Shown here one piece after another: positions 24,571-36,271 of a DNA stretch of 64,000 bases. Position 1 is the first letter of the stretch. Every line of letters starts with the position of its first letter. The notes under the pieces were generated by a model that worked only from the letters and a program-made list of their open reading frames with translations, was not told where the DNA came from and made no database searches. Position numbers and translations under genes: made by a program. The DNA lies in the NCBI GenBank assembly GCA_000165345.1, contig CM000432.1, positions 320,001-384,000 on the forward strand, in the 5' to 3' direction.

Positions 24571-24927
24571 TTTTCCTTCTTTTTAAATGTATTATTATTA
24601 TGTACTTATTAAAATATTTTCTTGAAATATTGAAAATTATTCAGAAAAAAAACTTCAAATAGATTTGATGACTTTAAACAAATTAAAACCCAGTTTATAA
24701 ATTATCAAACAAGTAAGAGAAAGTTAATTTCGGGAAGAAAAGTATTTAAAATAATTTAAATACCTTACTCCTTTTAAATTCTCTAAATTAATCTTATTAT
24801 TACAATAAACTCTTATCAATTACATACAAAACCCTCAAATTCAATTATTTTAACCTTGTTTATTTTAAAAGTACATCAAAGATATCATTAATCCTGTTTA
24901 TCTTTTTTTCATGACTTTTTTATTACC

Positions 24928-24992
24928 CACGAGACGTGCCTTTTTGGCGCCAACTGCATTGATGCACATTTGTCAGAATTGCATACCGGCAT
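24928..24992. promoter_or_regulatory. Promoter cluster upstream of ABC copy 1: TTTTTGGCGCCAA (24941..24953), TGCATTGATGCA, GCATACCGGCATG
   Basis: E2F-like palindrome plus an ATACCGG core about 370 nt upstream of the ATG at 24570. Confidence 0.5.
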
Positions 24993-25112
24993 GAGGGACT
25001 AAACAACATAAAAGGGACAAAAGTGACAAAAATCAAAAACAAAAAAAAATGAAATCATTATATATTAAATTAAATTAAATATCAATTAAAGAAAAAAAGA
25101 TTAAAGCCAGCT

Positions 25113-28100
25113 TTAGCCCATATTTGTTTTGACAAAGCTGAATAGTTCGGAATTAGTAAATGAATTGTGATCAATTTGTGTGTCCCTAACTATCTTTCCA
25201 CTACTCAAAACAAGAACACGGTTTACATATTGAAGACTTCGGATATCATGTGATACTATGAATGTAATGCAATGCTTAAAGTATTGGTTAATGACCGATG
25301 AAAGAATACATCCAGATCTATTGGTATTTCCCAAATTTTCATTAAAATTTTCTTTATCTGTCCTTTTATTTAAAAGCTTACGACTTCCCATCTGATTTCT
25401 TAAAACTACTGGAGGTTCATCAACTAGTAAAATCCTTAATTTTTCTCTTTTCAGGAAGAAGTTTACAAAAAGTAGCATTCTCATCTGGAGAATACCAAAT
25501 CCAGTCTCATCTAATTTAGTTTCAAGAAATCTTTGAATTGTATTATTTTCATTTAACAAAGCACTTTCCTGATCACATTCTGTTAATTCGGATTCAAGAT
25601 TTAAGCTATCACTTCTTTCCAAGTATGATCCAAATCCACAAATGTTCAAAGCTGATTTAATATCATCTAATTCGTATTCATTGAGAGGATCAATCATATC
25701 TCGAATATTACCATTCTTGGGGAAGTAAATCTCTAAAGGTAAAAAAGCTATGTGACTTAGATCTTCCTGGAACTTAATTACTGATTTAATGATTTCCTGA
25801 TCAAAATCTTCAAATTGGAATCCAATTCTTTCTAACTTGTCTAATATTTTCTCATTATTTTTTTCCAAACCTGTAACTGTCATTCTTCCATTTGCACACA
25901 ACAATATATTTGAAAGCACATCCAATAAGGTTGTTTTTCCAGAACCTGTTCTTCCTACTATTCCAACAATTTCTCCTGCACTAAACTTTGCTGTAACTCC
26001 ACAAATACTTGTAACATGAGTCACTTTTGTACCTATTAAATAAGAATTATCAAAATTGGAGTTTCCTTGAGATTCTAATCGAGAATGTTGCGCTTTAATA
26101 TTCTCAAGTTCAATTTTAACTTGTCCTTTACTTTTCACATTCTGTTGTACCCCTATTCCACATTTTAAATATTCTGTACCAGCCTCTCTAGATGCAGCCA
26201 AATATAGTCTAGATCTTTCTACTGAGACAAGTTCTGTTTCTAGTTTTGTCCAGTAACCAACGAGAATAGACAATAAAGGAGCTAATCCCGTTGCTGTAGC
26301 TATAGCTAATGCTAGAATAGATCTAGTTGATGATTCTTGACCACTTGAAATATAAGGTAAAACAATGTTAATGAGTGTAATAGGAATTGTCAATAAAATC
26401 TTTATTCTCATCTTAAACCAAGCATCCAAACATATTTGAGCAAATCTAGGCTTCAATACTGAGTTAATTCTATCCACACTAATTTTAAAGAAGAATTCTT
26501 TGACTTGGGTAGAAGTTAGACATTTCTTTCCTTTACCAATAGTTTGAATTGTATCAACAAGAGGGGAATATTCAGAAATATAACATGATCTTAAACTTCT
26601 ACACCCATTAATAAAGTATCGTATAAAGAAGTAATATATTGAAGACCCAATAAGGCCAATTATAATTAAGGTAAGTAATGAATTAGCAGATCCAAAAATC
26701 AAAGGAATTACAGAAATGATGACTGAATTTAAAATAATAATAACAAATCGAATTCTTCTGGTAATACAATAGTCAATATGTAGTTGGTCATTAGTGAGTC
26801 TGTTTAATATAAAGCTCAAAGGGAACCATCTTAAAATAGAATTTGAAGTTGCTCCCAAATAACCAAGTAATAATGAATTATGGAAATATCTTGCAGCTCT
26901 AAAACCAATTCTGATTTCTAATAGAAGAGCAAAACAAATAGAAACCATTGAAATAATTAAAGCTGTATTATAGAAGGAGAACCAAAAAGAAAGTACATTA
27001 TGCCCAAAGAATGAAGGTATTCCAAACAAGATTGCTTTAAATCTCCCTAAAGTGCTTGAATTAAAGAAAACAACAGAATTCCAATTTAATTGAATACTCT
27101 CTTCTCTGAGAATGATTAAAAGTAAGGATTCTCCAAGCTTTACCATAATTGGTGGAAGGATCAATAAAAATATCATTAAGTAGGATTCAATAGAAGAACC
27201 TGAAAAATCTTTTTTATTAGAATAGATGTCTTGAATGAATCTTTTAGATCCAGAAATAAACATATAAAAGTAATTAGTAGGATAATAATAACTGAATTTG
27301 TTCTTTTTTATATCAATTCTACTAGTTGTCTCCATTCTTTCGTTACTTGGAATTTTGTACTTTTGAAGATATTCTCGGGAATCAGCTTCAACTTGGTTAG
27401 ATCTTTCCTTAATACTTGAATCAAAAGACACCAATTCCTCAAATGAATTTTGAATACAATTAACAGTTACTTCCTCAGTACTTGTAATCACTTTGTTATT
27501 CATATTAATTACCTTATAAGAAAAACCATTATTACTCGAAGCTTGTTTTACAGATTCCAATATTGGAGGTTCTATGACTATTATTGATATACAATCAGAT
27601 AATAAACCATTTTTAGAGAAAAGTCTCTCAATTACAATCTTACAAACAAATGGATCTAAGGAATTAAGCACACAATCAATTAAAAATACTCTTGGCTTCT
27701 TTTCATTTGATGATAAGCAAGAATAAATCGCTCTTGCAATAGATAACCTCACCTTTTGTCCTGCACTAAATTGCTTATCCGTAACAACGAGACGTTTTGC
27801 ATCATCGAAAGATTTTACACCCCAATTTAAGAAGTCCAACTCTAGGTCACATTGATATATTACTTGTTGCCATAATTTCTCTTGATATTCACCTCCACAA
27901 AGAATCAGATCTGATAATGGAAGACCACTTAAAATCCATATCAACTGTGGAACATATCCAACTAAAATCTTTGAAGAGATTTCACAAACATTTTCAACTT
28001 GACCATTTTCTAACTTAATCGAAAATAGCCCGCCGGCGCCAACATCATTCATTTGGCCATTTTGGCATGCAGTGGAATTGAAGAGAAACCCAGCAATTCC

Positions 28101-29522
28101 TTCAAGAAGAGCGGATTTTCCACTCAAAATTTTTCCAAGAACAAAACAAGGTGTCCCAGGAGAGAGTGTGAGGTTGAGATTAATAACACTTGGAGAAACA
28201 TTTTTTCCACGAGAGAAAGTAATATTATTGAGTACAATACTGGATACAATAGAATTTGAACCAGTGTTTAAGTTAGAATTGATATTTTGGTCTGGGTCAT
28301 TTTGAGTTAAAAAAAGAAACTGTGCAATTCTTTCCATAGAGATTTTACCTTCAATAATATAATAGACGAAGAAGATAATATCATTAAGAGGATGGTAGAA
28401 AGTGGGAATTAGCCATACACTTTGAATAATCATTAGAGAAGCTTTGGCAACAGGGAGTTTGTTGTATAGAATGTAAGATCCAATAACAAGAGTGCAGGAT
28501 AAGGTAATCCAGTTATCAAATATTTCGCTGGCCATGCAAACATATTTTCTAAGAGAGTTGAAATGTAATTCAACGTTTCTTTTTCTCTTAATTAAATTAT
28601 GAATAGAGGGAAACAGTTGTTGAGTAACTGATAAATATTTTGACTGCTCGAGAATACGAGTAGTTTCCTCTACTCTTTCTTCTCTTGCTTTGAGAAAAGG
28701 TTTTTTATACATTGAACTTAAATATTGAGTGATTGCTGCAATTGTAAAGCATGAAAATAATGCAATTAGACAAAGAATAAGAGGAGTGCCTCCGAACACT
28801 GAATGAGCCACTAGAGCTGAAATTAATATATGTATAGGATAAAGTATAATGTTGATGGAATTTGAGACGGCAAATTCTGTGAACTCAGAATCTACTAAGA
28901 TAATGTTTTGATATAAAGATAGTATTTCTGTTGAGCTATTATTATCTAGAATGCAAAGCCCTTGCTTATTTTTAAGTTTTTTACATTCAAGAAACCTTAA
29001 AAGTGAAGATCCAGAAATAGCTGATTGTATTTTAAAGTGTATCCATGAATTGTAATACTCACAATGTGTTGTTAATATGATACTAAATAATTGAAGTATA
29101 ATTAAAAATAATCCAGGTAGTATATTTAACCAATTCAGTTTTGATGAGGTTTCTGATACAAAAAAGTTGAAGAATTCTTTTGCTTGAAACTTTACAAAGT
29201 ATGAAATGGCCAGATTAATTGAAAAGAGAAGAAAATAAATGCCATAAAATCTTCTAAATGTTTTAAGTATAACTAAATAAACTGAAAACCAAGTCCATAT
29301 ATCTTTTCTATCATTATAATTTAGCTTATCATAGTCTCTGAAGGCTTTTTCTAATATTTTAATATCATTAATTGACTCCTCGTTTTTATATTCATCAGGT
29401 ATTTCAGAAGATCGAATATTTCCTCTTTGTTTTTCCCTATTTTCACGTTCTTTAATTAAAAGTAATTCAGCTGTTTTTCCAGCTTTTAATAGTAAGATAT
29501 TATCAAAGAATGATTTGAACAT
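25113..29522 (-). CDS. ABC transporter, ABCC-like full transporter, 1469 aa; copy 2 of the tandem triplet
   Basis: NBD1 P-loop retained (VLGKILSGKSALL) with signature FSAGQKVRLSIARAIY. NBD2 has GRTGSGKTTLL, LLVDEPP and an SHD H-loop. Confidence 0.9.
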   Translation of the reverse strand: MFKSFFDNILLLKAGKTAELLLIKERENREKQRGNIRSSEIPDEYKNEESINDIKILEKAFRDYDKLNYNDRKDIWTWFSVYLVILKTFRRFYGIYFLLFSINLAISYFVKFQAKEFFNFFVSETSSKLNWLNILPGLFLIILQLFSIILTTHCEYYNSWIHFKIQSAISGSSLLRFLECKKLKNKQGLCILDNNSSTEILSLYQNIILVDSEFTEFAVSNSINIILYPIHILISALVAHSVFGGTPLILCLIALFSCFTIAAITQYLSSMYKKPFLKAREERVEETTRILEQSKYLSVTQQLFPSIHNLIKRKRNVELHFNSLRKYVCMASEIFDNWITLSCTLVIGSYILYNKLPVAKASLMIIQSVWLIPTFYHPLNDIIFFVYYIIEGKISMERIAQFLFLTQNDPDQNINSNLNTGSNSIVSSIVLNNITFSRGKNVSPSVINLNLTLSPGTPCFVLGKILSGKSALLEGIAGFLFNSTACQNGQMNDVGAGGLFSIKLENGQVENVCEISSKILVGYVPQLIWILSGLPLSDLILCGGEYQEKLWQQVIYQCDLELDFLNWGVKSFDDAKRLVVTDKQFSAGQKVRLSIARAIYSCLSSNEKKPRVFLIDCVLNSLDPFVCKIVIERLFSKNGLLSDCISIIVIEPPILESVKQASSNNGFSYKVINMNNKVITSTEEVTVNCIQNSFEELVSFDSSIKERSNQVEADSREYLQKYKIPSNERMETTSRIDIKKNKFSYYYPTNYFYMFISGSKRFIQDIYSNKKDFSGSSIESYLMIFLLILPPIMVKLGESLLLIILREESIQLNWNSVVFFNSSTLGRFKAILFGIPSFFGHNVLSFWFSFYNTALIISMVSICFALLLEIRIGFRAARYFHNSLLLGYLGATSNSILRWFPLSFILNRLTNDQLHIDYCITRRIRFVIIILNSVIISVIPLIFGSANSLLTLIIIGLIGSSIYYFFIRYFINGCRSLRSCYISEYSPLVDTIQTIGKGKKCLTSTQVKEFFFKISVDRINSVLKPRFAQICLDAWFKMRIKILLTIPITLINIVLPYISSGQESSTRSILALAIATATGLAPLLSILVGYWTKLETELVSVERSRLYLAASREAGTEYLKCGIGVQQNVKSKGQVKIELENIKAQHSRLESQGNSNFDNSYLIGTKVTHVTSICGVTAKFSAGEIVGIVGRTGSGKTTLLDVLSNILLCANGRMTVTGLEKNNEKILDKLERIGFQFEDFDQEIIKSVIKFQEDLSHIAFLPLEIYFPKNGNIRDMIDPLNEYELDDIKSALNICGFGSYLERSDSLNLESELTECDQESALLNENNTIQRFLETKLDETGFGILQMRMLLFVNFFLKREKLRILLVDEPPVVLRNQMGSRKLLNKRTDKENFNENLGNTNRSGCILSSVINQYFKHCITFIVSHDIRSLQYVNRVLVLSSGKIVRDTQIDHNSFTNSELFSFVKTNMG

Positions 29523-29984
29523 TTTATTTAGTATAAAAGTCTGGGTAAATATTCAATATTCATACTTGTTTGTATTTGATCTAGTATTTAGTAATTTGGT
29601 GAAAACTTTATTTGTGTATTAAATGCAATGTGATTTAAAAAATTATAGTAATATTGATTGAATATCAGAAAATAAGTGTGATAAGAACTTCTGACTTTAT
29701 TAATCAGGTCTAGTTTGAATGTTATTTCCTTTAATAAAATTAAAACAAATAATTACTTCGATTTAAGTGCATAAATATGTAACTCTTCTAAAAAATTAAT
29801 ATTATTTCTTTAATTTTTGTCTTATTAAATTTAAACTAGTAATATTGAACTTAGATGAATATTCTTATAGATCAAATACTAAATATTAAATCAGAAAATT
29901 CATTAAATTATTCTTAATTGATTAATATTTATTTTTAATTTAGAGACAAAACATGCTACAATTATTATTATTTTTTTTAAATTG

Positions 29985-30050
29985 GCACTGGCTATACCGG
30001 TTATATATTTTTAATTTATACCGTTGCCACGTCATTTATTGACATGTGGA
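29985..30050. promoter_or_regulatory. Promoter elements upstream of ABC copy 2: GCTATACCGGTTAT; CCACGTCAtttatTGACATGTGG
   Basis: ATACCGGT core and a CACGTCA/TGACATG inverted pair about 470 nt upstream of the ATG at 29522. Confidence 0.4.
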
Positions 30051-30292
30051 CAAATATTTAAAAAAAAAAATTGGTTGAAATCATGATTAATAATAAATAA
30101 ATAAATATTAAAATAAGGTATATTTACAAAAAAAAATATTTTTGAAATTTTCTTACTACATGGTTTTTTATTTTTGTGAAAAGGGAGTTACTAAATGTAA
30201 CTTTATCTGCTAATAGTTAATATACAAACTGTAATAAATTATAATTAGTATGAAAAGAAAAATACATATAGAAAATGTAATAGAGCTAGTTA

Positions 30293-33200
30293 TTAAGCTT
30301 CAAATACTCTAAAGTTGTTATTAATAATCAATAGACGGTTAATGCTTGAAATTTGTTCAAAATGATGTGTGGCAATAACCACTGAGCAATTTGGAAAGTA
30401 TTTTTTTAAAATAAAGTCAATAACTGAAATGTAACCGCCATCCTCTGTTGTTAACCTATAATTAGGTAGCTCGTCAAGAAGAAGTAGTCTGTATTTTTGA
30501 CTATTTAAAGCAAGACGAAGCAAAAGCAACATTCTTTTTTGATTCCCGTTAAAGTTAAAGTCACTTATAGGTAAATCAAGTATTTTGAGATTCAAGGGGG
30601 AGAGAATTAAGGGAAAAGATTCACAAGATTTAGGTGAAAATTCCTTATCTTGAGTTGATTGGTCATACAGTAAATTCTTCTTTTTATCAACAAGTCCAAA
30701 TAAATCCAATAAATCTAAAATTTCCAAGCTTGAACGAATATTCTCCGAATCCAAAACCTCTATTAGTTTTAAGTTCCCAGGAAAGTCTACTTTGATTGGA
30801 ACGTAAGCTATACCAGACAAAAATTCGAGCATTCTAACAGAATTCAAAAGAATGTTTGGATCAATTTCTGATACTTGCGTTATGGTTTTAATTCTTTCCA
30901 ATGACGATTCCTTCATCCTGTAGTAATCATCCTCTTTCTCATTATAGCTTTTGGTTTCAGTTGATTTATTATTACATAGGTACTGGCTATAACGTCCTCT
31001 ATAATTATTTCCACTTATGCTCCCACCTCTAAAAATAGACAAATACTTTCTTTTCTCTTGAACTTCTTTTCGTAATCCGTCTTCCAAACCTAGTAACCCA
31101 CCCTTGACTAAATTCTCAGCCTCATCGTTATCATCATCATTATCATCAACTCCTATTTGCTCATTCTCATCTCCTATTGTCAGTAATCCCCTGTGAACAG
31201 TTTTGGCGCCTTTATAAACTTCCATAATCCCACCTATCACCTTTAACAAAGAAGTCTTCCCTGAACCAGTTCTTCCGACAATACCAATGACATCGCCAAC
31301 TCTAATATTCAAATTTACTTTCCTCAAACAAGAGTACTGGATAAGGTTGTTATAGTTATTAATTGTTGAGGAAAATGGATCATTTCTTAGTTTAAGGTGT
31401 TTGCAGTCAACATTGTTCAATGTCATTAATAAAGAAGAATTCTCTGTTGAGTTAGAATAATCAATCTTCAGATTTTCACCAAACCTGTCATCTTGTATAG
31501 CCTCTATGAGAAGCTTCATTCTTGTTACTGCTAATAGCTCATTCTCCATTTTTACCCAATATTTCACTGTTGAGGAGGTAATCTTCGGAATTGTTAATCC
31601 TACACCAATAATAAAAATTACTATTTGTGGAATAGTTTTCTCATTTCCTTTAGAGTTTGGAAACAATATTGGAAACAAAACATTTATTGATGTTAAAACT
31701 ACTGGTAATAAAAAATCCAATCTTAATCTAAGCCATGCAAACATCATATTTTGACAATAAAGTGGCGCCATCATTTCGAGCGCCCTTCTATTGCATCTTT
31801 GCATCATGTACGAGGATAAATGGTTTTGATGAATATCGTCAATTCCGAGGTTAATAGAGTGTGCAATATCTGATATAGCTGTTTGAGAATTCAGGAAAAG
31901 TAGTCTAAGAGTTCTGCAAGTGTTTATAAAGTATGAAAGGTAGTTCCAGTATATAAATAACAAGAAAAGAAAACCAATTGGAATACAAGTCATTGGATCC
32001 TTAAAGTTAATTACAAATGAGATAATTATAAATGCGATAATTTTGTTAACTTGGTGAAGAATTTGTCCAATTCTTTTTGTGATACAATAGTCAATTACTA
32101 GTTGGTCATTTGAAAGATGACTAATTATACTGGATACTGGAATTATCTTTATTATTGAATAACTTGTTAGGTACCCATATAAAATTGTATTATGAATATA
32201 ATTAGCAGATTTCAATCCAATATAGATCTCTAGAAAAATTGTTACCACAAAGTTTAATAAGATTATTGAGCAATAATGCATGTACTTAGCTAAGTCCTTA
32301 AGTATATTTGAAGTTTTCTTCAAGTTATTAATTATCTTGTACTCAATTATCTTAAATGACAACAAAGGAACTGTTGATAATAATAAATAAACAAAGATTA
32401 AGGACTTATTTCTCTTAATGCTTGAGGTCTTATTCATTTTTGTATCAAATTTATATCTTATTTTATCATTTGTATGAAATAAATAATAGTTTAAAGAATT
32501 TGAGATCAATCCACTATTTCTTATTGATATTAAGCTATCTAAATCCCTCTTTATTCCCATCTTTCTGTTCTCCTTTTTTAAGCTAATTGATGAATTTGTC
32601 TCGGGTATTAAATTCTCATTCATATTATTATTATTAATAAAGTATATTATACTCTTCAAAAGTTCCTCATTTTCACATGGATCTTCACTAATTAAATCCT
32701 TTATCCCAAGAATGTATTGACTCATAATCTTAGAATCCTCACTAATATCAGTTACTTTTATTGTACATGTTTTGTTATATTCTAATATTGTCTTATATCT
32801 ATCTTCAAATATCAAACTTTTACAAGAATTTAAATAAACTGTGAAAAAAAATAAGTTAAGTAAATCTGGACTTATTGAGATTATTCCAAAACTAGAACTC
32901 AATATTCCTGAAAGTTTGTCATCTTTATTGAAAAGTGAATAAATCATTCTACAACTTGTCTCTCTATCCAATGAGTCAAAAATATTCTCTATAAAATATA
33001 TTACACTGTAATTTCTTCCTAAAGGACCAGTTGAAACTAATGATGAAGTTGAATAATCCAAGCTTTTTGTATTTTCAGAGCTCCCAATACGATACACTGA
33101 ACTTTGAATTAGCTTACAATAAAGAGACCTAGCAAAGGATATTCTGATTCTTTGACCGGTACTTATTTGCTTGCTATTAATAATATCATTCAAATTAATG

Positions 33201-34861
33201 CTTTTATTGAATATATCAGTATCTAACTGGCAAATATTGATAACTAAATTCCATAAATGATAGTCAAAAGGTTGATCACAGATAATCATTTCTTCAAGCT
33301 TAGAATTATCTAGAATCCAAGATTTCTTACTAATATAACAGGATAATTTGGCCAATTCTCTGTTATTATTTAAAGAAACAATGTTCTCTGAATCTTTCAT
33401 TTTACATCTAAGCAGGAATCTTGAGTTATATATATCTTGACCTGTTGAAGTACTTGCAATATCCTTAAAGAAACTTGGGATTTTTTGATTTGGATTATCT
33501 CTTTCATAATCAAAAACTATGTTTAGACATCCTTTATTTAATATTATATTTTCACCAGAACATAAGTCCTGAATCTCAATTTGTTCTACATTATCCATAT
33601 TAGTTTCATCTAGATCATGGAAATCTATATCATTAATACAAGAATGAGGATCAAATTCTGAAAGGACATCTTTAATTCTATTTACAGCATTTATTGCTTC
33701 AGTGATATAGTAGATCATGTAAGCAATTAAAGAAATTGGTTTCACTAGAATTGGTATAATGAAACTAGAATTTGTTAATATAGACAGAACCTCAGATCCT
33801 GTATGTTGATTACAATAACAATAGAAGGAAATTGCCATAAAACAAAGAATTTCCATCCAATGAGATCCAATTTCTCCAACACAAAACCATAATTTTCTAT
33901 ATTTATTGAATTTCATCTCTTTGAGTCTATATTTCTTAACCAAATTCATAAAAAGAGTATCATTAATATGAGTAAGTATAAAGTCATCATTCTGTGAAAT
34001 TGACTTGGTTAAACATGATATTCTTTCTTCTCTAGCTTCCATAAAGTATTTCTTATAGCTACTACTTAACCATTGAGATATTATACTTATTAAACCAGTA
34101 ATTATAAGTATTATAATACAAAGATAAATAGATTTAGCATCAACAAACATATTTGATATTCCAAATAAGAAAAGTAAACTAAATGGGAAAGTGATAAGTT
34201 CCATTCCATAAGATACAATATATTCAGCAAATTCTCCATCAACTGATACAATATTTTGAATCTTGGAGAAATCTTGGGTATCGTCAAATAAAGATTTGCA
34301 ATTTTTCTTATTTAACCTCTTATTCTTCAACATCAAGTTCATTAGAAACAAAGTAAGAGCTCCTCTAACACGTATATGAAGTGTTTCTGTATAGTAATCA
34401 ACATAAATATTAAACAGAATTTCAATAATCTGATTGATAATTAGACTAACTCCTTTTACATATTCTGATCCAATTCCAAAACTTTCTTTGAACTTTTTCA
34501 AAGAGTAAGCAAGAAAAAACATTGTAAGCATTAATGAAATTTTTAAAATAAATAAAATAGTGTAACTGCTTTTGAAAGCAGAGAATATCATCCAAGCAAC
34601 TTTCCAAGTTGAAATTTCAGATTCAGGCCTAACCTGTTTATCATTATGGACATATTCAATATCTTTAGTAATAATACCATGTTGATTTCTTTTAAAGCAT
34701 GATTTGTATTTTTCATCGAGCCTTTTCGAGTCTACCTCCACTTTGTATTGCTTTCCAACATAATTCTTTAGCTTTTCTACATCAAACTCAGCACTTTCCC
34801 ATATCTTCACATTAAGTTTGTTGATTCTAAAGAAAAAAGGATCTCCTAGTAATGTATACAT
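30293..34861 (-). CDS. ABC transporter, ABCC-like full transporter, 1522 aa; copy 3 of the tandem triplet
   Basis: NBD1 signature ISTGQRIRISFARSLY without a P-loop. NBD2 has GRTGSGKTSLL and LLLLDELP. There is a large Asp-rich insertion in NBD2 (VDDNDDDNDEAEN). Confidence 0.9.
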   Translation of the reverse strand: MYTLLGDPFFFRINKLNVKIWESAEFDVEKLKNYVGKQYKVEVDSKRLDEKYKSCFKRNQHGIITKDIEYVHNDKQVRPESEISTWKVAWMIFSAFKSSYTILFILKISLMLTMFFLAYSLKKFKESFGIGSEYVKGVSLIINQIIEILFNIYVDYYTETLHIRVRGALTLFLMNLMLKNKRLNKKNCKSLFDDTQDFSKIQNIVSVDGEFAEYIVSYGMELITFPFSLLFLFGISNMFVDAKSIYLCIIILIITGLISIISQWLSSSYKKYFMEAREERISCLTKSISQNDDFILTHINDTLFMNLVKKYRLKEMKFNKYRKLWFCVGEIGSHWMEILCFMAISFYCYCNQHTGSEVLSILTNSSFIIPILVKPISLIAYMIYYITEAINAVNRIKDVLSEFDPHSCINDIDFHDLDETNMDNVEQIEIQDLCSGENIILNKGCLNIVFDYERDNPNQKIPSFFKDIASTSTGQDIYNSRFLLRCKMKDSENIVSLNNNRELAKLSCYISKKSWILDNSKLEEMIICDQPFDYHLWNLVINICQLDTDIFNKSINLNDIINSKQISTGQRIRISFARSLYCKLIQSSVYRIGSSENTKSLDYSTSSLVSTGPLGRNYSVIYFIENIFDSLDRETSCRMIYSLFNKDDKLSGILSSSFGIISISPDLLNLFFFTVYLNSCKSLIFEDRYKTILEYNKTCTIKVTDISEDSKIMSQYILGIKDLISEDPCENEELLKSIIYFINNNNMNENLIPETNSSISLKKENRKMGIKRDLDSLISIRNSGLISNSLNYYLFHTNDKIRYKFDTKMNKTSSIKRNKSLIFVYLLLSTVPLLSFKIIEYKIINNLKKTSNILKDLAKYMHYCSIILLNFVVTIFLEIYIGLKSANYIHNTILYGYLTSYSIIKIIPVSSIISHLSNDQLVIDYCITKRIGQILHQVNKIIAFIIISFVINFKDPMTCIPIGFLFLLFIYWNYLSYFINTCRTLRLLFLNSQTAISDIAHSINLGIDDIHQNHLSSYMMQRCNRRALEMMAPLYCQNMMFAWLRLRLDFLLPVVLTSINVLFPILFPNSKGNEKTIPQIVIFIIGVGLTIPKITSSTVKYWVKMENELLAVTRMKLLIEAIQDDRFGENLKIDYSNSTENSSLLMTLNNVDCKHLKLRNDPFSSTINNYNNLIQYSCLRKVNLNIRVGDVIGIVGRTGSGKTSLLKVIGGIMEVYKGAKTVHRGLLTIGDENEQIGVDDNDDDNDEAENLVKGGLLGLEDGLRKEVQEKRKYLSIFRGGSISGNNYRGRYSQYLCNNKSTETKSYNEKEDDYYRMKESSLERIKTITQVSEIDPNILLNSVRMLEFLSGIAYVPIKVDFPGNLKLIEVLDSENIRSSLEILDLLDLFGLVDKKKNLLYDQSTQDKEFSPKSCESFPLILSPLNLKILDLPISDFNFNGNQKRMLLLLRLALNSQKYRLLLLDELPNYRLTTEDGGYISVIDFILKKYFPNCSVVIATHHFEQISSINRLLIINNNFRVFEA

Positions 34862-34924
34862 TTCAATAGTTTTGTAACTTTGCTCTATTACTTTGAGTTT
34901 ATTTTATATTTCTAGTACATATTC

Positions 34925-35030
34925 CGATACAGTCAATATATCTATATATATATCTATATCTATTTATATCTATATATATATATATATATATAGATATATA
35001 TATATATATATATTTAATATATATGATCCT
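34925..35030. repeat. (TA)n / (TATC)n microsatellite
   Basis: atatctatatatatatctatatctatttatatctatatatatatatatatatatagatatatatatatatatatat. Confidence 0.85.
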
Positions 35031-35619
35031 TTTCAAACTAGTTTTTGTTCATAATTCACTCTGATAGTAGTAATTATTAGTATTATTATTAAAATGTAAT
35101 TGTCTGTCAGTTCTCGTATATTAAATTGTTACAAACAATAACACAAGTAATAAGACTGATAGTATTTGTACTTAATTGCAATGATGACTCTAATATAATA
35201 TAAATAAATTTAATTAATTAATTTCTTTAAATTCTCTTTAAATACGACGAGTGCAATTTTAAAGATACGTATATTAATCTTTTAAGTTCCTTTTTATCCT
35301 CTCCAAAGAGTAATTTTTGCAAAAAAAAGCAAAGAAATTAAAAAATGTAAAAAGAGCTAATTTTTTTCGTTTTAAAGGAAAGGATTTGTTTTAATGATAA
35401 CAAGTTTTTGAGAAAGAAAATTCTAAAGAATAGAAGCTAAATCTAATTTATAACAATCCACATTAAAATTAATTAATTAAAAACCCCATCTTTTATTTAA
35501 AACTAACCCTAATCTATATAAATTAGACAATTAAGTAGCTTTACCTTTATTTCTATTACTATTTATTTTTTTTAATATTTATTTCCCCACAACTTAATTG
35601 TCCATTAAATTCAAATTGC

Positions 35620-35735
35620 AGTACCGGCATTCCCGCCATTTCCCGCCAAGTCAAATAATATTATAAGAGACGAGTATTTCAAGGCAAAAAAAAATTATTA
35701 AAAAAAACTGTTGGGGGTATTGGCGCCAAAAACAG
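35620..35735. promoter_or_regulatory. Divergent promoter (ABC copy 3 / pyrophosphatase): GTACCGGCATTCCCGCCATTTCCCGCCAAG (two tandem TTCCCGCCA E2F boxes) and TGGCGCCAAAAA (35721..35732)
   Basis: Three E2F-type boxes within 115 nt, between the gene starts at 34861 (-) and 36272 (+). Confidence 0.55.
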
Positions 35736-36271
35736 ATTTATTTATTAAACAAAACGTAGTGAATGAAATTAAAAAAGTTGAATATTTTAGACTGGAAATA
35801 TATATCTATATATATATATATATATTAATTTAAAATGATTAATTAGAATAATCAAAAAAGAGGGGGAAAAATAAAGCATTTAAGGAAATAAATTCAAAGT
35901 TGGAGGGTGAATTTGTAAATAGCGGGTAATGGATTACTATTAATATTGACATTAGACTAAATGATAACGAATCAAATTAGAGAGAAAGCAAAGGAAAAAA
36001 AAATAATAGTCAAGAAAATATTAGTATTAATAAATTAAAATAGAATTTTGGTTTAGACCTTTAAATTGGTTTGTATCATCTTTCTGAATCCCCCCCTAAG
36101 CTAAGAAAGAAGGCTAGGTTTAGGAATAATAAAGGATTGATTAAAAGATTAAATTGTGAATAAAAATCTTGAATTGAATCCTTTTTTTATATTCGATTTG
36201 GTATTTTACAAGGTACTAGATCAGAAATATAATTGAAATTTTTTAAGAAAAGTACAAATCTTCAAGTAAGA

